Origin: Podarcis melisellensis
Lineage: Eukaryota
DNA: 64,000 nt
Assembly: GCA_964234715.1 (NCBI GenBank)
Contig: OZ174281.1
Strand: one strand, 5' to 3'
Made by a program: the position numbers and the translations under genes. Of the stretch, positions 35,043-47,994 are shown in pieces; position 1 is the stretch's first letter, and the number at the start of each line of letters is the position of its first letter. Under the pieces are notes generated by a model that did no database searches, had not been told where the DNA came from, and was given only the letters and a program-made list of their open reading frames with translations.

Positions 35043-37139
35043 TAAAAATGTCTTTAGTGGGGGCCTAAATATCATGGCGCCACCTGCCTGGCTAATTTTA
35101 GCCAGTAACTTATTCCAGAGGGCTGACATCATGGGTTAAACTCATTGGATGGGATAGATTATGTAGACTCATTACAATTTGGGTCTGGACCTGACTTCAG
35201 AACTAAGTAAGCCTTGGGGTTTGCCCACACTTACCTTCCTCTGTGCTTTCTGGGCACAATCCATGCTTTAAAGCTTCATTTTTTCGCCCCAGAGCTTTTC
35301 TTGCAAAAACCTGCTCTTTATCGCTGAATAGGAACAAACGGCAATCTGTGGAGAAACCTAAAGGCAATGGTTACATTTCAGCTTTAAAGAGCAGGTTTTC
35401 ACAGAGAAAGCTTTGGGGCTAAAATAAATAAATGCAACTTCTCCTTTTCTTGCCCCAGCTGTATGTTTAAGTAATTAGCCTTTCGCTGAACCAGGTCCAG
35501 GGTGGGGTGGGTGGTCCCTGGGTTGGCTCAGGGTGGGTCAGCCTGATTGGGGACCCCTCCAGATCAGAGCCATGAGGCAGAGTGGGTGAGCTGTGTGCAG
35601 CCCCATTACAAATCAGAGAACTATCTGCATCTGAATGAGCACGCCCTTTTATTTGCACACATGAGAGTGTGCACAAAAGTGCAGTGCTAAGTGGTGCTCT
35701 GAAGAGCTTTTTAGAGCAGCCATTCTGCTCCACTTGATTTCAAAGTGCAAGATTTCTGCCCATGTTCTTTCCAGTATATCCTTTCCTCCCTAAAGGCTAG
35801 ACAACGACTTAAAAAAGAAAAATGAAAGCAAGCAGAGACTTCTAGGAAGCAGAACTCAACACGGAATATCACATTCTATATTGGGTGAAGCCAATATTTG
35901 TCCTTTTAGCCAGAAGTAAAAAAGGGCAGTTGTAGCAGCAGTAGTGGGAAAAGATCATACTTGAGAAAAAGAATTCTGGGCTAGCTTAAAATGTGATTTG
36001 TTCTGTTTGTGCTCTAGTTTTCACACACACACACACATTTTTAAAGCTTGATTTCTATTGTCCCAAGCCATAGAATCGTACTTGCTTTTAATTGTTTTGT
36101 TTTTAGTTGTTTTTAAGCAGGAGCTCTGTTCAAATTCTCTCACAGCTATGATATCCAACTCCCTCTGCCCAGTTTCTAACATGCTAGCACAGGCTCCCTG
36201 ATCACTTCAGTTTCATATTAAGCTACATATCATTATTATTTTTTTTAAAAAACACCCTGATGTCAAATAAGGGGTTGCTAGAAAACAGTCAGCAGGGGGA
36301 GAAACTCACTGCTTGCTAAATGAATGGTGGATGTTCATAAATTTTCTGTGGTGACTTTTAACTTAAATGCTCACAAAGTCTCCTCAGAGAGACAACCTTT
36401 CAATTTTAACTTGAAAGGAATCAATGAACTGAGATGTTTGCCTTTGCTGAAATCTGAAAATGGTACCCATGCCCAGAGCACCACAGCTAGTCTATCCTAC
36501 TTAATATAAAACCCAAATAGATCTACACATGATATTCACTTTTGCTGGTAGGTTATCCTGCTATGAAGAAACAGTCATGAGCTCCTCATGGGCATATGTT
36601 TTCCCATCTCATCCAAAATGTGGATGCTAACTGACATCTGAAGGCCTCTAGCTCCAATCCCAGAATGCTCTCTCCCTACCCTTCCTTGCCTGAACTCTGT
36701 TGTCCCTCAGCTCAGGCTGATGAAAAGAATGCCTCTTATTTTTTAACATATCTGTAATCACAGATCCACAGAGCCTGATCAACACCACACAGTAGAAACA
36801 AAATCATTCCTCTCTTCAAAGGGCTCAAAATCAAATATAGCTTCCTGGAAGCCTCCAAAACAGAGGCTACCGAGCCACATAGAATAGGCTCCCTACCAGT
36901 GGAAAGATCCTAGAGCAGGGGACCCCTCCAGATGTTGTTGGATTACCAGCATGCTCAGTGGTTAGGGGGTGCTGGGAATTATAGTCCAACAGTACCTGGG
37001 GGTGTGTGTCACAGATTTCCTACGTGAGGAAAGAATCATTTATTCTTTTGACCCATCAGAAACAGAGGGTGGGATTCAGCTAAGCAGCCCTACCAGCGGA
37101 AGTCCTGTGGAAGGACTTCCACCTGTGCGATGGGACTTT

Positions 37140-37376
37140 CTCCCGTCAAAAGCCTTACTGAAATCCAGATATACTACTACATCCACAGCATTCCCTTGAT
37201 CCACTAAGCTTGTAACTCTATCAAACAAAGAAATGAGATTGGTCTGGCATGACTTGTTTTTGAGAAACCCAGGCTGGGTCTTAGTAACCACAGCATTGTT
37301 TTCTAAGTGCTCACAGACTGACTGTTTAATCATCTCTTTTAGGAGCTTTCCTGGTACCAACGTCAAGCTGACCGGT
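37140..37376 (-). mobile_element. CR1 LINE RT fragment
   Basis: ORF 37076-37366: GFLKNKSCQTNLISLFDRVTSLVDQGNAVDVVVYLDFSKAFD. Confidence 0.9.
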
Positions 37377-37579
37377 CAGTACAGTATTTACCTGGGTCTT
37401 CTAAATCTATGCCATGTTTGAGAATTCATTGTCTATTTCATGGTAAACCCACAGATAATTTTTTGTATGTGCAACGAGATTTTACTGTGATACCCACAAA
37501 AGACTTCTAACAGCCAGCAGCACAATTACGTATATGCTCATTCATTCTCACAAGGGGACACCGCTTGGATTTTCCACCA

Positions 37580-37730
37580 AAATGAATGCAGAAAGTCCCA
37601 GGTTCAATCCGCAGCATTCCAGTTAAAAGAATCTCAAGCAGCTGGGCTAAAAAAGGCCTCTGCCTGAAACCCTGGAGAGATACTTCCATTCAGAGTAGAC
37701 TAGATGACAGAGTAAGGCAGTTTCATATGT
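37580..37730 (+). mobile_element. Degenerate tRNA-derived SINE
   Basis: B box cccaggttcaatcc; tail ctctgcctgaaaccctggaga...taaggcagtttcatatgt. Confidence 0.55.
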
Positions 37731-39123
37731 AAAACTATTCTTATCTTCATTGCTGCTTCTGTGATGTCAATAAAGCAAAACACAGTTCATTTTCCTTTTC
37801 CTACATCTTAGCAACGCTGTGGGACCTGCATTGCTTCCTAATTAGTTTCCTGGTGTGATTTAAGATGTTGGTTTTAATTTTATAAAGCTCTGAATGGTTT
37901 TCCTCAGAGGCCGACACCTCTCCTTTTGGTGTAATACCAAGGCTGCGAAGAGACTCGGAGGCCCTTAGGTGTGTTTAGAAATAGAATAAAGAGTGTTTAA
38001 AAGCAAGGGTGGATTGTATGTGTCTGTATTTGCTTTACATTATCATTTTCTTTAGCTAACACTAAAACTTTGGTGTAGACACATTAGTTGACTATAGGCT
38101 CTCTCCAGTGCATGAATAAGCTCAATACATCTGACATTTGTTGTTGACTTTACAAGAAAGGTCACCGAAGGTCAGCCAGTTCATGTGATTTATTTGTTAT
38201 GGAATTCAGGCTGTAGAGATATCATATGTAAAAGCTCCTCTAAAACAAATGTGCATGCAAAATTAGCTTATCAGGGTGAAGATTGGCCTAGAATCTTTCT
38301 CCACAATGTGTTAGTTTTGTGCATGCATATGCACAAGTTTGGTTTTGTGGGGACCAAAACCATGAATTCACTGGGTTTAACCACCATGACCCCATTCCAA
38401 ATTGGGGTCAGAGTTCTCTAGAATGAAATTGACCCTCATGTGTGATGCCCCTTCAACCACAACTGCCCCTTCCCTTAGCCAGCCCCAGATTCAGCCACTA
38501 TTGGCAAGGACACATGCAGGGCAGCCTCAAACAGATGCTCCTACCATCCACAGCAGCCATGATTTGAGGTGCTCCTGGGTGCTTCTGTGCCTGCTTAAGG
38601 CAGGATCTAAGACCTAATAGAGGCCCTGCTGCAAGGCCTCTACATTGCTGCTACCAAAAATGCTTTCGAAATGGAAACGGGGTTATGGCTGGACAGTGGG
38701 AGAAGCCCTCTGGGTGCTAACATGACAGTGATGACATAATTGGGTGAGGGCATGACATGGTCTTGATTATTAATGGTCCTAGTTTAAAGCAATTTAAAAT
38801 CCAAGCGCCCATTGAACTCTTGTCAAATGAATTAATTTTAATCAGGCTCATTAAGAATCAGACTTGGAGGAGGATACCCATCACTAAGGGCAAGGAAGCA
38901 TTTTCCGTGAAAAAATATTTAAACATTTCACACCCTACCTGCATCCCAAACAGATATATAGTGCAGCAACAAATACAGAACACAAACCTGCTGATCATGT
39001 GTTTCAGCTTTAGGTTACGTATACCTGGTTCAAAGAGATGATGGGGAGCTCTCAAGTTTAGAAAATCTGTTCACTTTCCATGTGTATATCATATGTACAC
39101 ACACACACAGCAGGAACTAAATA

Positions 39124-39376
39124 CAGTGGTGCCTCGCAAGACGAAATTAATTCGTTCTGCGAGGTTTTTTGTCTTGCGAATTTTTCGTCTTGCGAAGCAC
39201 AGATTCCCTGGGTATTAACAGTTTTAAGAAAATGGAAACAAACTTGCAAGACGTTTTCGTCTTGCGAAGCAAGCCCATAGGGAAATTTGTCTTGTGAAGC
39301 AACTCAAAAAACGAAAAACTCTTTCGTCTTGTGAGTTTTTTGTCTTACGAGGCATTCGTCTTGCGAGGTACCACTG
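39124..39376. mobile_element. Tc1/mariner(Tigger)-type MITE
   Basis: TIR cagtggtgcctcgcaagacga / tcgtcttgcgaggtaccactg; TA TSD; internal gtcttgcga repeats. Confidence 0.9.
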
Positions 39377-39386
39377 TATGGAAAGG

Positions 39387-40450
39387 TGTAATGGCACAGG
39401 TGTAGCACACCTTGATTTGTGACCAGTGATGTTTTGTATTCAGAGGAGAGCTGACGCTAATGTGGCGTAAGGAATGTGAGTCTAGTAACTCTTGATTATG
39501 TAAGTTTAGGAAGTCAGGTCCACGTAGAAGGCAAGGCTAGAAGCCAGAGCAGCTAAATATGACCTATTGTACACAATCATTTAATAATACTATTTCTTGT
39601 TCAATTTCTCTGACCTGCTCATCATTAAACAGAGGTAACATTACATGGTACTCGGAGTGGGGTCAGCATGGAAAGTAAGGGGCAGAAAACTGAGATAAAA
39701 AGATGTATCAAGGCCTCAAGAGAGTTGAGAGTGACAATGCAACAGAATCTTGGGAAATGTTTAAAGAAGGCTTTGCCATCTATATGCAAGCTAGAGGAAT
39801 GAATGAAAAGGACGCTCAAAAACCAACCACATATTTGCATATAGCAAGGCAGGAGGCAGCTGAAGTTTTCCGTGTCATGCAAATCAGCCAGAGGAGCAGG
39901 ACAGTTTTTCAGGCATTCTAAAGAAATTAAGAGGTATTGCATGCCCAAGAACTATGAATCTGTTATGCAAGGAGAAGAATCAGTAAAATAATTCCTTACT
40001 GACGTTAAACTGATGAGTCAGGCATACAACTTTGGGACCCTAACAGAGCCGTTGCTTTGAGTTCAGATAGTGTTGGGAGTTAGAGACAGCTAATTGGAAA
40101 AAAAAAAGACTTATGGAAACTGATCTGGCTCTAGAACGGGCAATCAGGCCTGCACAAGCTACGGCTGCTATAGAGGCTAGAATTCAAGTGGGGGACGGTG
40201 AGCATTTCAATTGATAGTTTGTGGAGGTGGAAGCCCCAGGAATCCTACATACAGCAGGAGGAGATTTTCACAGAAGAGACAGCCCTGGAGGGGAACGGCA
40301 CAAAGAGCCACAAAGAGCCAAGAACAAACCAGGGGCCAGATGAATGCACAATTCCTTTAAAAACAAATGGAATGCTACTGGAATGCAAGTTGGACAAAGG
40401 AGCACGGGTAAATGTCATCACTGCCACAATCCTTCAAAATCTTTTTTAAA
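39387..40450 (+). mobile_element. Decayed Ty3/Gypsy LTR retrotransposon 5' part (LTR 39387-39645, PBS, gag, protease remnants)
   Basis: LTR ends tgtaatg / cattaca; PBS tggtactcggagtggg (tRNA-Leu-like); gag-like ESWEMFKEGFAIYMQARG...LHIARQEAAEVF; protease-like KLDKGARVNVI (DTG>DKG). Confidence 0.8.
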
Positions 40451-40461
40451 ACCTCATCCCA

Positions 40462-40594
40462 TAAGGTTACTAGATTTTTTCCAATGAGTCCAGGGAAATT
40501 TTTCAACTTCAGTCGAATTCAGTGGATTTTGTCAGAGGACTGATTTGTAAATCTGGGGACTGTCCCCGGGAAACGGGGACGTCTGGTAACCTTA
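40462..40594. mobile_element. Short hAT-type MITE
   Basis: TIR taaggttactaga / tctggtaacctta; subterminal ggggac repeats; TSD not evident. Confidence 0.7.
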
Positions 40595-40609
40595 CATTAG
40601 AAAACAAAA

Positions 40610-41296
40610 TGTAAGGCTGAGGGTTTCCACTGGGAAGTAATTCCACACAGAGGGGTCTGGGGGTTGGAGATCAGGATTCCAAGAGCAGATAGATGCCATC
40701 TCATTTGTGACCGTGTATTGGAACACCACTTCTTGTTAACAACACTCCTTTGGGTCCGCAAGGAATGGGATGCACCCAAACTTCACCTTTGAGCTTTAGA
40801 AGGCTGGGGACCGGGCAGAGGAGGAATAGTGGAGACTGCCTTCCCGTCTGGACCCTTCCAGGGAGGAGGAAGAGGAGGACCATATAGATTTACAACAGCG
40901 GTTTGAGGGTGGTAGCAGCTCAGAGGCAGATGAGGGGGAAAGCTGGGAAATCAAGGGAAAGCCAGAACAACACCCAGCTGACATGTTGTCATTGGAAAGC
41001 ATTCCAGACCCCCCATCTCCCAGAACCTGGTGGGCCTTAAAAGTAGGAGAGCAAAGAGCTCAAAGACAGAGGGCACGTAGCAGCACCTGCAGAGGACATG
41101 ATGAGAATGATGAATGAGGTAGTGGGAGAGACAGGGTAGTGGAGGAGATTCACTCAGGACAGTACCATTATCCAAGAGGCTGGGTTCTATAGCCTCTCTC
41201 TGTAAAGATTGAAATAAAAAAGGAGGGTAAGAAACTTTCCCTTATCTTTATACTTTCATGGGAAACCAGCCAGGAAGTGCTGACAGCATCCTGACA
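40610..41296 (+). mobile_element. Probable solo LTR
   Basis: tgtaagg...cctgaca ends; AATAAA at ~41213; TSD not found. Confidence 0.5.
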
Positions 41297-41344
41297 TAGA
41301 GGGACCAGCCCAATATCATTTCTTTCTCAGTCTCATATGTAGCA

Positions 41345-41585
41345 CAGCGGAACCTTGGTTTTCGAGCATCTCAGAAGCCAAATGTTCTGGTTTTCAAACG
41401 CCGAAAACCCGGAAGTAATTGCTTCCATTTTTGAACATGCCTCAGAAGTCGAATGGCTTCCGAGGCGTGTTTATCAATTTTCTCCACTGAAATTGCTGAC
41501 TGCCCATTGTGCCTTGGTTGTCGAACATTTCGGAAGTTGAACGGTCTTCTGGAACGGATTACGTTTGACAACCGAGGTTCCACTG
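41345..41585. mobile_element. Tc1/mariner-type MITE
   Basis: TIR cagcggaaccttggtt / aaccgaggttccactg followed by TA. Confidence 0.8.
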
Positions 41586-42060
41586 TATTTGAATCCCATT
41601 GAGTCAGAATTAAGGTGAGCCACCCATGGCAGTTCAATCTTGAGTTTGCTATGGGGGGAAAAACCACCTCAGCAGGATTGGGAGGGATAGATGAAGTATG
41701 AGGAACGCAGCAGGGGAAACATCAGGAGAAAAACACTGAGCCTCACACAATGAAGAATCTTCGGAAATAAGTCTGAGAATGCCCAGCTAAAACTAGAAGA
41801 CTCCAAAGCACTGCTATTTTTTTTTAGATTCTTTAATTGGGGAATGGAGATTGCAAAAAGCAGGGACAGGTTCTGAAGGAGAACATTCCAGAGCAGATGA
41901 AGGCGAACAAGCAATGTGAGCACTAAGGTTCCTGTTCTTAAATCTCTGTCCCACCCTTCCTCCCAAAGGAGTCTACCATTAAGGAGCCTAACATAAGCAG
42001 TAAAGAGGCAACAGCCGATATGCTCTTGAAGCAGAACAGGAGATGGAGGAAGCATTTGAT

Positions 42061-42423
42061 GACACGGGTGGCGCTGTGGGTAAAAGCCTCAGCACCTAGG
42101 GCTTGCCGATCGAAAGGTCGGCGGTTCGAATCCCCGTGGCGGGGTGCGCTCCCGTTGCTCGGTCCCAGTGCCTGCCAACCTAGCAGTTCGAAAGCACCCT
42201 CGGGTGCAAGTAGATAAATAGGGACCGCTTACTAGCGGGAAGGTAAACGGCGTTTCCGTGTGCAGCTCTGGCTCGCCAGAGCAGCGATGTCACGCTGGCC
42301 ACGTGACCCGGAAGTGTCTCCGGACAGCGCTGGCCCCTGGCCTCTTGAGTGAGATGGGCGCACAACCCCAGAGTCTGTCAAGATTGGCCCGTACGGGCAG
42401 GGGTACCTTTACCTTTACCTTTT
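42061..42423 (+). mobile_element. Sauria/Squam1 SINE, distinct CpG-rich subfamily
   Basis: Same architecture with diagnostic differences (gtaaaagcctcagcacctaggg; gaaagcaccctcgggtgcaag). Confidence 0.9.
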
Positions 42424-42692
42424 ATGGAAGGAAGGGTGGGGTCTGGTTCTGAGATGGGCCCAGTGAGGCATGGATGCCTCAAAGGCATTTAGTGTCGGTG
42501 CAGAAGGAGCGTTGGCTACAGCAAGCAGTGCTACTTGCTCAATTATAAGTAATCCCAACCAGGTATTTATTTTAAATGTGGGTATTATTTATTTTGCACA
42601 GAAAGCAGCTTAATTTTTTTAAAAAAACAACAACTACAAAAACATAGTACGGTACACAATGATCACAAAACATTTAAAGCAGAACATATAAT

Positions 42693-43010
42693 CAGTGGCG
42701 GAGGAACTCTCTCTGGCACCCAGGGCAGGATGCCGAGGGGCAGGGCGAACAGCATGGCGGTGCATGCGTGACGTCCGTATGGACTGCACATGCGCGGCAT
42801 CCCGTACGGACTGTGCATGCGTGGCAGCCCATACGGATGACTTTACGGACGCCACACGCGAGCAGCAGCCCATATGGACGCCATGCAAGCGGCGTCCATA
42901 CTGATTGCGCCCGTTAGCCACTCCACAGCTGTGGGGAGGCAGTGGGCCATCTTGTCACCCCCCCGGGTTGGTACCTGGGGCAGCCCCCCCGCCCCCTTCA
43001 TATGCCCCTG
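42693..43010. mobile_element. hAT-type MITE with internal gcatgcg/cgtacgga repeats
   Basis: Ends cagtggcg / tgcccctg; perfect TSD catataat. Confidence 0.85.
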
Positions 43011-43939
43011 CATATAATGTAGCAGAAGGTTTAAACTGAAACTACATAAAACATAAAATGAAACCATCATCTATGGAGTAGTTCCACAGTGAACAATGTA
43101 CCATTATTAAGCTTCTTTACATAATATTTTGTGTTTTAGCTGGGAGGAGAAGACAAGCTCAGTTGACAACTCTCTCTTTTCCCCTGTTTCCTTCAATAAG
43201 AAGCCATTTCCAGTGAGTGTACTCAACAAAGATGGGAATTTGGGGCTCTGTGTGACAAAGTGAGAAGCCTTATGGGTTTTCATTACGGTTCCAGCATTTT
43301 TGGAGCAGTTGGAGACCATGGTGACCAATGTGATCCAAAGCAAGACCCTGCGCATACGATTCTTTACTATGCATTCACAAGCTGCAGGTCAACATTAAGT
43401 CCAAGTGGGAAGTTGTATTGTCCACAGGAGTTTAAATTTACATAGCTGTGGGAGCACCCTAAGGATTTGTTTCTTTTCAACCCAACACTGATAATCATTT
43501 AGTTCCCTTTGTTAAGAAGAGGGTTTAATACTAATGATTCACCACCCACACTGCTGTAATGTTTGCCTCTCTGAATAGCTTGCAAACCGGGGAGTCTATA
43601 TATACCAATTCTGCAACAGGTAGGGGTGTGTGTGTGTGTGTGTACGTGATCCATCGTTCTGCAAATCTCTTTGTCCACCTCCACTCGTGCTTATGAAAGC
43701 AAGCAGGTGGAGGAGGACAGCAGAATTGTTTGAGGGAAAGGATGTGCTTCAAAGATACAACGAGATCGCTTGTGATTGTCAACCAGATGAACCTGTAGGA
43801 CAACTACGGTGTGATCATGTGATATAGTTTGGTACAGTATATCGCCGTATTGGTGCCAGAATGCAAGACTCTCAAAAAGTCGCCCAACAGAAAAAGCTGG
43901 ACTAAACTCACTTTGATTGTCTCATTCATAAAACGCCCT

Positions 43940-44475
43940 TGCTACAACAGCTCCATGGGTTGTTTATGGGCACAACTCAAAGCGCTGCTGATAACTTATA
44001 AAGCCAAACACGGCTTAGGTACAAGTTAGCTGAAAGACTGTATTTCCTCATATGAACCTGCACAGGCTCTGAGATCTTGGGGGGAAATCCTTCTCTCAGC
44101 CTCTGGGCCCTCACAGGAATGCTTTGCAGAGACATGGGAGAGGGCCTTCTCAGTGACTGCTCCCAGGCAACTTTGCGACTCTCTCCCTGGATAAGCCAGA
44201 CTGGCTCCCTCCTTGCTGTCCTTCCGCTGGCAGGTGAGGGCCGCCTTCTTCCAACAGGCTTTTGGGAACTGGCTGCTTTAAATGAGGGGGCAGGTGCCAT
44301 GCTGCCTTTGTTGTGATTATCTGTATGTTTTTAATAGATGTTGTATATTAATAATTTTAATTCTAGCAATAATTGTTTTTAATGATTATTTTTGCTATGT
44401 TTTTAGCTGTTCTTATTTTATCTGTAAGCCACCCAGAGGCCCTGTCAGGGAAAAAGGCAGGATATAAATAAATAT
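43940..44475 (+). mobile_element. L2 LINE 3' fragment
   Basis: ctccatgggttg...ttataaagcc..cggcttagg...agagggccttctcagtg...tgtaagccacccagag...ataaataaata. Confidence 0.7.
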
Positions 44476-44708
44476 CGTAGTAGTAGTAGTAGCAGCAGTA
44501 GTAAAAGTAGTAATTTGTATGCTGGAAGTGCAAGAAAGGGGAATCCCTTTGTGATTTTGAGAACTGTCTATTAAGATTTGGACAATGGCACTGTGACAAA
44601 AAGGAGAACTTGATAATTGCTTGGGATGGTAGATTATGGTGGAATATCAAACTGAAAAAAATGCATTTCCACTGGATTAACTCACCCAGTTTCTTGCCTT
44701 GAGACAAA

Positions 44709-45109
44709 AGGTCAAACTACATGTGACATTAACAGAAGCATGTTTATTCAGGAATAAGCTCCACTACTTTCCCCCTATTGTACATTTAGGATTGCACCCT
44801 AAACATGATTTTGGATCCCAGAAACAGAATTCTTTGTTTATCCCTCTTTCTCTCTTTTTCAACTCACAGCAGCTACAGGGGATAGTAGGCTGTAAACCCT
44901 GCCTGATTTTTCTGCTGAAATCTTCCCCGAGTGGTTCCAGGGTGGATTTTCAGCAGGAAAATGGTGCAATGGAGAAAGGTTAAACTCTCCCTCCCCAGTC
45001 CTGTTCCAGGTCATCCCTGCTCTCACAGCCACGCTGACTTAAGAGAGAGACAGAGAAACAGAGAAGCCCAATTATAGGATTCATTTAGCATTATGTGTAG
45101 TTTGACCCT
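44709..45109. mobile_element. Palindromic MITE (Harbinger-like)
   Basis: Inverted ends ggtcaaactaca / tgtagtttgacc; internal hairpin tttttctgctgaaatc / gattttcagcaggaaaa. Confidence 0.55.
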
Positions 45110-45832
45110 AGAGCCACGTTATACAATCAGCAGAATCAAGTAGTAAAGCTCTGCCTGAGTTTTATTACTTTGACTGCAGGTGTGGGGCTGTTTATTTGAA
45201 AACGTTACCCCTGCAAAACAATCCATATGTGAACAAAATAGCAAGTTGGGGGAAAGGGCTAGGCTTAAGCCTTCTTTCTGAAAAGCTACTTTTCCACAGG
45301 CAAGGATTATATATCTATATATCTATATATTTCTCTCTGAGATTTGCTGCCACAAAATGTGATGACCACAGGCTTAGAAGACTTCCAAGGGGAAATGCGC
45401 AAATTCATGGAGGGCAGGTGTGGCTATAAGCCATGGCAGCTAAATGGAACCTCCATGTTCAAGGGCACTTACCGTACTTCTGAATACAAATTGCGAACAG
45501 CTGGCAGGGCAGGAGCATTGCTTTCAGTGCCTCATTTGTGAGTTTCCAGAGACTTTTCTCTGGCTGATATTGGAAATATGATGCTGAACTAGATGGACTG
45601 TTTGTCTGATCCAGCAGGACTCTTCTGACGAAAGAGCATTTGAATGCACACCCTTTGCTTGCAGCCTAGTGGTATGGTCTAAGAAGAAACAGATGGATGA
45701 AGTGCCTCTTGCTACTGAGACTCTGTGAACTTGCACACTTGTCGGCGGGAGACTGTCCCAGGAGGGAGGGAAGCGTCACTTCATTTCTGGGCTCAATTCA
45801 AGGTGCTTACATTAGCATTTAAAGCCCTAAAT

Positions 45833-45970
45833 CAGGCTTCCTCAACCTCGGCCCTCCAGATGTTTTGAGACTACAATTCCCATCATCCTTGACCACTGGT
45901 CCTGCTAGCTAGGGATCATGGGAGTTGTAGACCAAAAACATCTGGAGGGCCAAGGTTGAGGCCAAGCCTG
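45833..45970. mobile_element. Palindromic hAT MITE (degenerate relatives near 1180-1310, 12870-12995, 36915-37000)
   Basis: Long inverted arms cctcaacctcggccctccagatgtttt / aaaacatctggagggccaaggttgagg; perfect TSD ccctaaat. Confidence 0.9.
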
Positions 45971-46625
45971 CCCTAAATTATCTGAAGCCCCAAATATCTG
46001 AAAGACTGTCCCCATCATTTGCTCCCCCTTGCCCCAGGGGGTCCCAGGGCCACATGACACCAGTGCTCCATGTGCTCAGCACACCATGTGCTCAGCTTGT
46101 GAATGACGTCAGTGCACCCCGTGGCATGCTGATGTCACACAGGCACACTGTGGGGCGTGATGATGTGCATGTGGACGCCCTGTGGTGTGCAAGGAAGTTT
46201 GGGGGGCCCTGGCCCTTTGATATGGGAATTTAGGAGGGCCTTGGCCCCATGCCCGCCCCCCCCGGTGCCCCTGGTCCCCAACCCTATTGACCTAATCGGG
46301 TGTGAAGATCCACAGAAGGGATCCTTCTTGGAAGTTCTGCTACCCTCAGAAGTGCAGGGAATGGCAGCCGCACAAAGGGCTCTCTGTCTCTCTCTATCTC
46401 TCCCTCTGGCATCTGCTTCTCTCATCCTGCAATTTTCATCATGCGCTGAAGACTCATCTTGGCCTTTGATAGTTAAGATACGGAGTTTCATATGTGTGAA
46501 CTGCCTCCTTTATGGAATTTATATTGCTCTGTTCCGTTTTGGAATGGGTTTATGTGTTTTAAAATTGTATGTTCTATTTGTTGTAATTTGACCTGGGACC
46601 TCACAGTCAAGGGCAGGTAACAAGT

Positions 46626-46671
46626 CAAACAAACAAACAAACAAACAAACAAACAAACAAACAAACAAACA
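46626..46671. repeat. (AAAC)n microsatellite
   Basis: About 11 units. Confidence 0.95.
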
Positions 46672-46789
46672 GCTCACTCTTAGCAGTTCACGAGGCCAGG
46701 CTTTCCAGGCCTCTGCCTGGAGAAGGCAAAGCAAGTGCTCCAGTTAGTATCATCTTTTTGTTTTTGTTTTTTTGCATTATCTAATTCTT

Positions 46790-47120
46790 ATACAAGTGAA
46801 ACTCTCCAGTGGAGCTATTTATGCCGCATCCCTCCAAATGCTGCTACTTAAAGAATGGGTGTAATTTCTCAGAGACCCTTTTGCCCATTGTTTGTCGCTA
46901 AAAGAAATATCAAGTTCTTCTTCCCATCTACATTTTAATGGCACCATAGGAGGCGACTGTGTATTTTCATTCTTAGCTGAGTAAACAAAAGAAATAAAAG
47001 CTGTGATGATTAAACGGCAGAAGAAAGAGCCATTTTCAAAAGGCAAAAGCTTTCCCCTGCTGATAAACACAGAATGGCTGCTCAGAAATGTTCTATCCCT
47101 GGGAGAAGATGCCCTGAGTT
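46790..47120 (-). mobile_element. L1 ORF2 C-terminal remnant
   Basis: ISFVYS...LKCRWEEELDISFSDKQW resembles the L1 KWE.DL...W region upstream of zf-RVT. Confidence 0.5.
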
Positions 47121-47994
47121 GCACAGAGAGCCCTCTAATTTGCCTCTGGAGGGAAGCAGAACAGACACTCTGGTTACTGGGCCCTGGAAGTGCAGTCTCT
47201 TCCTGGGTGGGTGTTAAAGGGAATGCTGCAACCAGGAGAGGATTCCCCCCCCCCCCAGCCGTACATCTTTGCACTGTACACATCAGAAGTGGCAGCAACT
47301 TTACTGGAGTGAGTAATCCCCACTGACTGTGAGTTTATTCAAGTTATTTAAACATGTAGGTGTTTCACTTTGCTGGCTGCAGGGTTAAGCACCATAATCA
47401 AATGTCTTTACAAAGCCACAGCCTGTTAGTTAAACGGAATTACAGGATGCAAGGAGGGTAGCTGTGGCTCCGTAATGGCATATTCATTTCCCAATTGCAT
47501 ACTTCCCCACCTGCACTCTGGCTGACTCAAGAGCTGGACTGGCAGTAATTTTACATAATCATCGTATGGGTAGCCTCAGTTGGCCGTTCCTGCACTTCGA
47601 TTGGTTGCCAGAAGAGCCCATGCTAATGAGGCTTCAGAGGCCGGGTACTTTGCATTTGGGATGGCTGCATTTGCCTAGGGATCAAAGCCGTGAACAGGCA
47701 AACCAGTCTAAACACAAACACGCAGATGTGCACTAAGGAGCCATCCTTAGCAGCATTGCCCTGCCTACTGCAATTACAAAACAATCTGAGCCTCCTGTCC
47801 TGCAAAGAGCGGGTCTATTTCAACACATTATAGGCAGCTATAAAATGGCTATTGGTCTTAAAAATTATCTGCCTGCCAGCTTTTCCATAGAGGACAATGA
47901 TGCAGGGTTGAGGTGTGGTATTTCCATCTGAGTGAGGAGAAAGTGCTGTCCCCTTTCAAGGGGCTCAAAGTGTGAATGTCAGATGCTTAAATGC

